A DNA stretch of 29,892 nucleotides from an uncultured archaeon. GTDB taxonomy: Archaea; Thermoproteota; Bathyarchaeia; TCS64. The position numbers and the translations under genes are program-made. The DNA is taken from positions 1 to 29,892 of the forward strand of contig CBDUMJ010000001.1 of assembly GCA_965368285.1 (NCBI GenBank). Direction: 5' to 3'. The first letter of the stretch is position 1. Each line of letters starts with the position of its first letter. Below, in pieces: positions 29,543 through 29,892 of this stretch. The notes below the pieces were generated by a model, which worked only from the letters and a program-made list of their open reading frames with translations, ran no database searches and was not told the origin of the DNA.

Positions 29543-29875
29543 TTGATTCGGTCAGCGTTACAGAGGTTGGTTCCAGATGTGTGTGTTGATTCGGTAGAGA
29601 TACGAACCGGTTATGGGTGCCGGCTTTACCTTCAGGTTTCCCCTGAGCACTTCAAGTACTGGACTCGATTCCAGGTCAGGTATCCTGAATTTATTTTTCT
29701 GGCGTGTAAAAGATATGGTGCGTTAACTAGGTCGGAAGGCCTCACGTGTCTTTGTCCTGAGTTTCTTTTGAAGAGGGATTTGCTTGGATGGTTGGCGTGC
29801 ATAGCGAGCGCGACGCAGAAAAAGCGTAACTTCTTGCGTTTCTATATGAGGACACAGTCATGTCACAGTTATTAA
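29543..29875 (+). CDS. Paralog family A, tandem copy 5
   Basis: LVPDV...PEHFKYWTRF...CPEF...DLLGWL; AGGAG SD. Confidence 0.85.
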   Translation: MIRSALQRLVPDVCVDSVEIRTGYGCRLYLQVSPEHFKYWTRFQVRYPEFIFLACKRYGALTRSEGLTCLCPEFLLKRDLLGWLACIASATQKKRNFLRFYMRTQSCHSY

Positions 29876-29892
29876 CTTTCCTGATGTAACGT

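Noticed and set aside
28278-29875. Diversity-generating retroelement behind the paralog array
   Set aside because: No reverse transcriptase in the window and no near-identical template/variable repeat pair differing only at adenines; divergence is spread over all bases.
29860-29889. Stub MSQLLTFLM as the start of a further family A copy
   Set aside because: Only 9 codons before a stop, at the very end of the window; resemblance to MQLLVNIL/MELLTRLL is too short to support.
1-29892. tRNA, rRNA, integrase, transposase, DNA polymerase or major capsid genes
   Set aside because: No cloverleaf with T-loop GTTCRA and acceptor stem, and no diagnostic motifs for these proteins, were found by eye; a tRNAscan/HMM run would be needed to exclude divergent ones.

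Overview
A 29.9-kb fragment of a head-tail (Caudoviricetes-type) dsDNA virus genome, probably infecting a thermophile; long AGAAAGGAGGTGA ribosome-binding sites lean towards a bacterial host, but this is not settled. Bases 1-67 are an untrimmed Illumina Nextera adapter. The left part (68-10989) is a morphogenesis region: a 1440-aa portal + MuF + tandem zincin fusion, putative TerS, TerL, a full-length UDP-sulfoquinovose synthase (SQD1/SqdB/Agl3 family), and minus-strand genes with nucleotidyltransferase-like and degenerate GNAT-like motifs. A strand switch at about 11.0-11.5 kb holds nested direct repeats and a perfect 39-bp AT-rich palindrome (candidate origin or control region). From 11.5 kb to the end, about 50 small co-oriented genes follow. 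The strongest unexplained signals are non-coding. (i) Eight copies plus one variant of a covarying two-stem element with an AATCYA internal loop sit fused to the SD of genes between 11.5 and 16.2 kb. (ii) Two H-type pseudoknots with the same geometry but unrelated sequence each follow the stop codon of one of two paralogous genes. (iii) Two identical 22-bp palindromes lie in different reading frames inside a ParB-like gene. (iv) Further dispersed repeats occur (50 bp, 39 bp, 20 bp). Several paralog families are present, including a six-member ~100-aa family with five copies in tandem. All of this is from manual reading; no database search or folding program was run.
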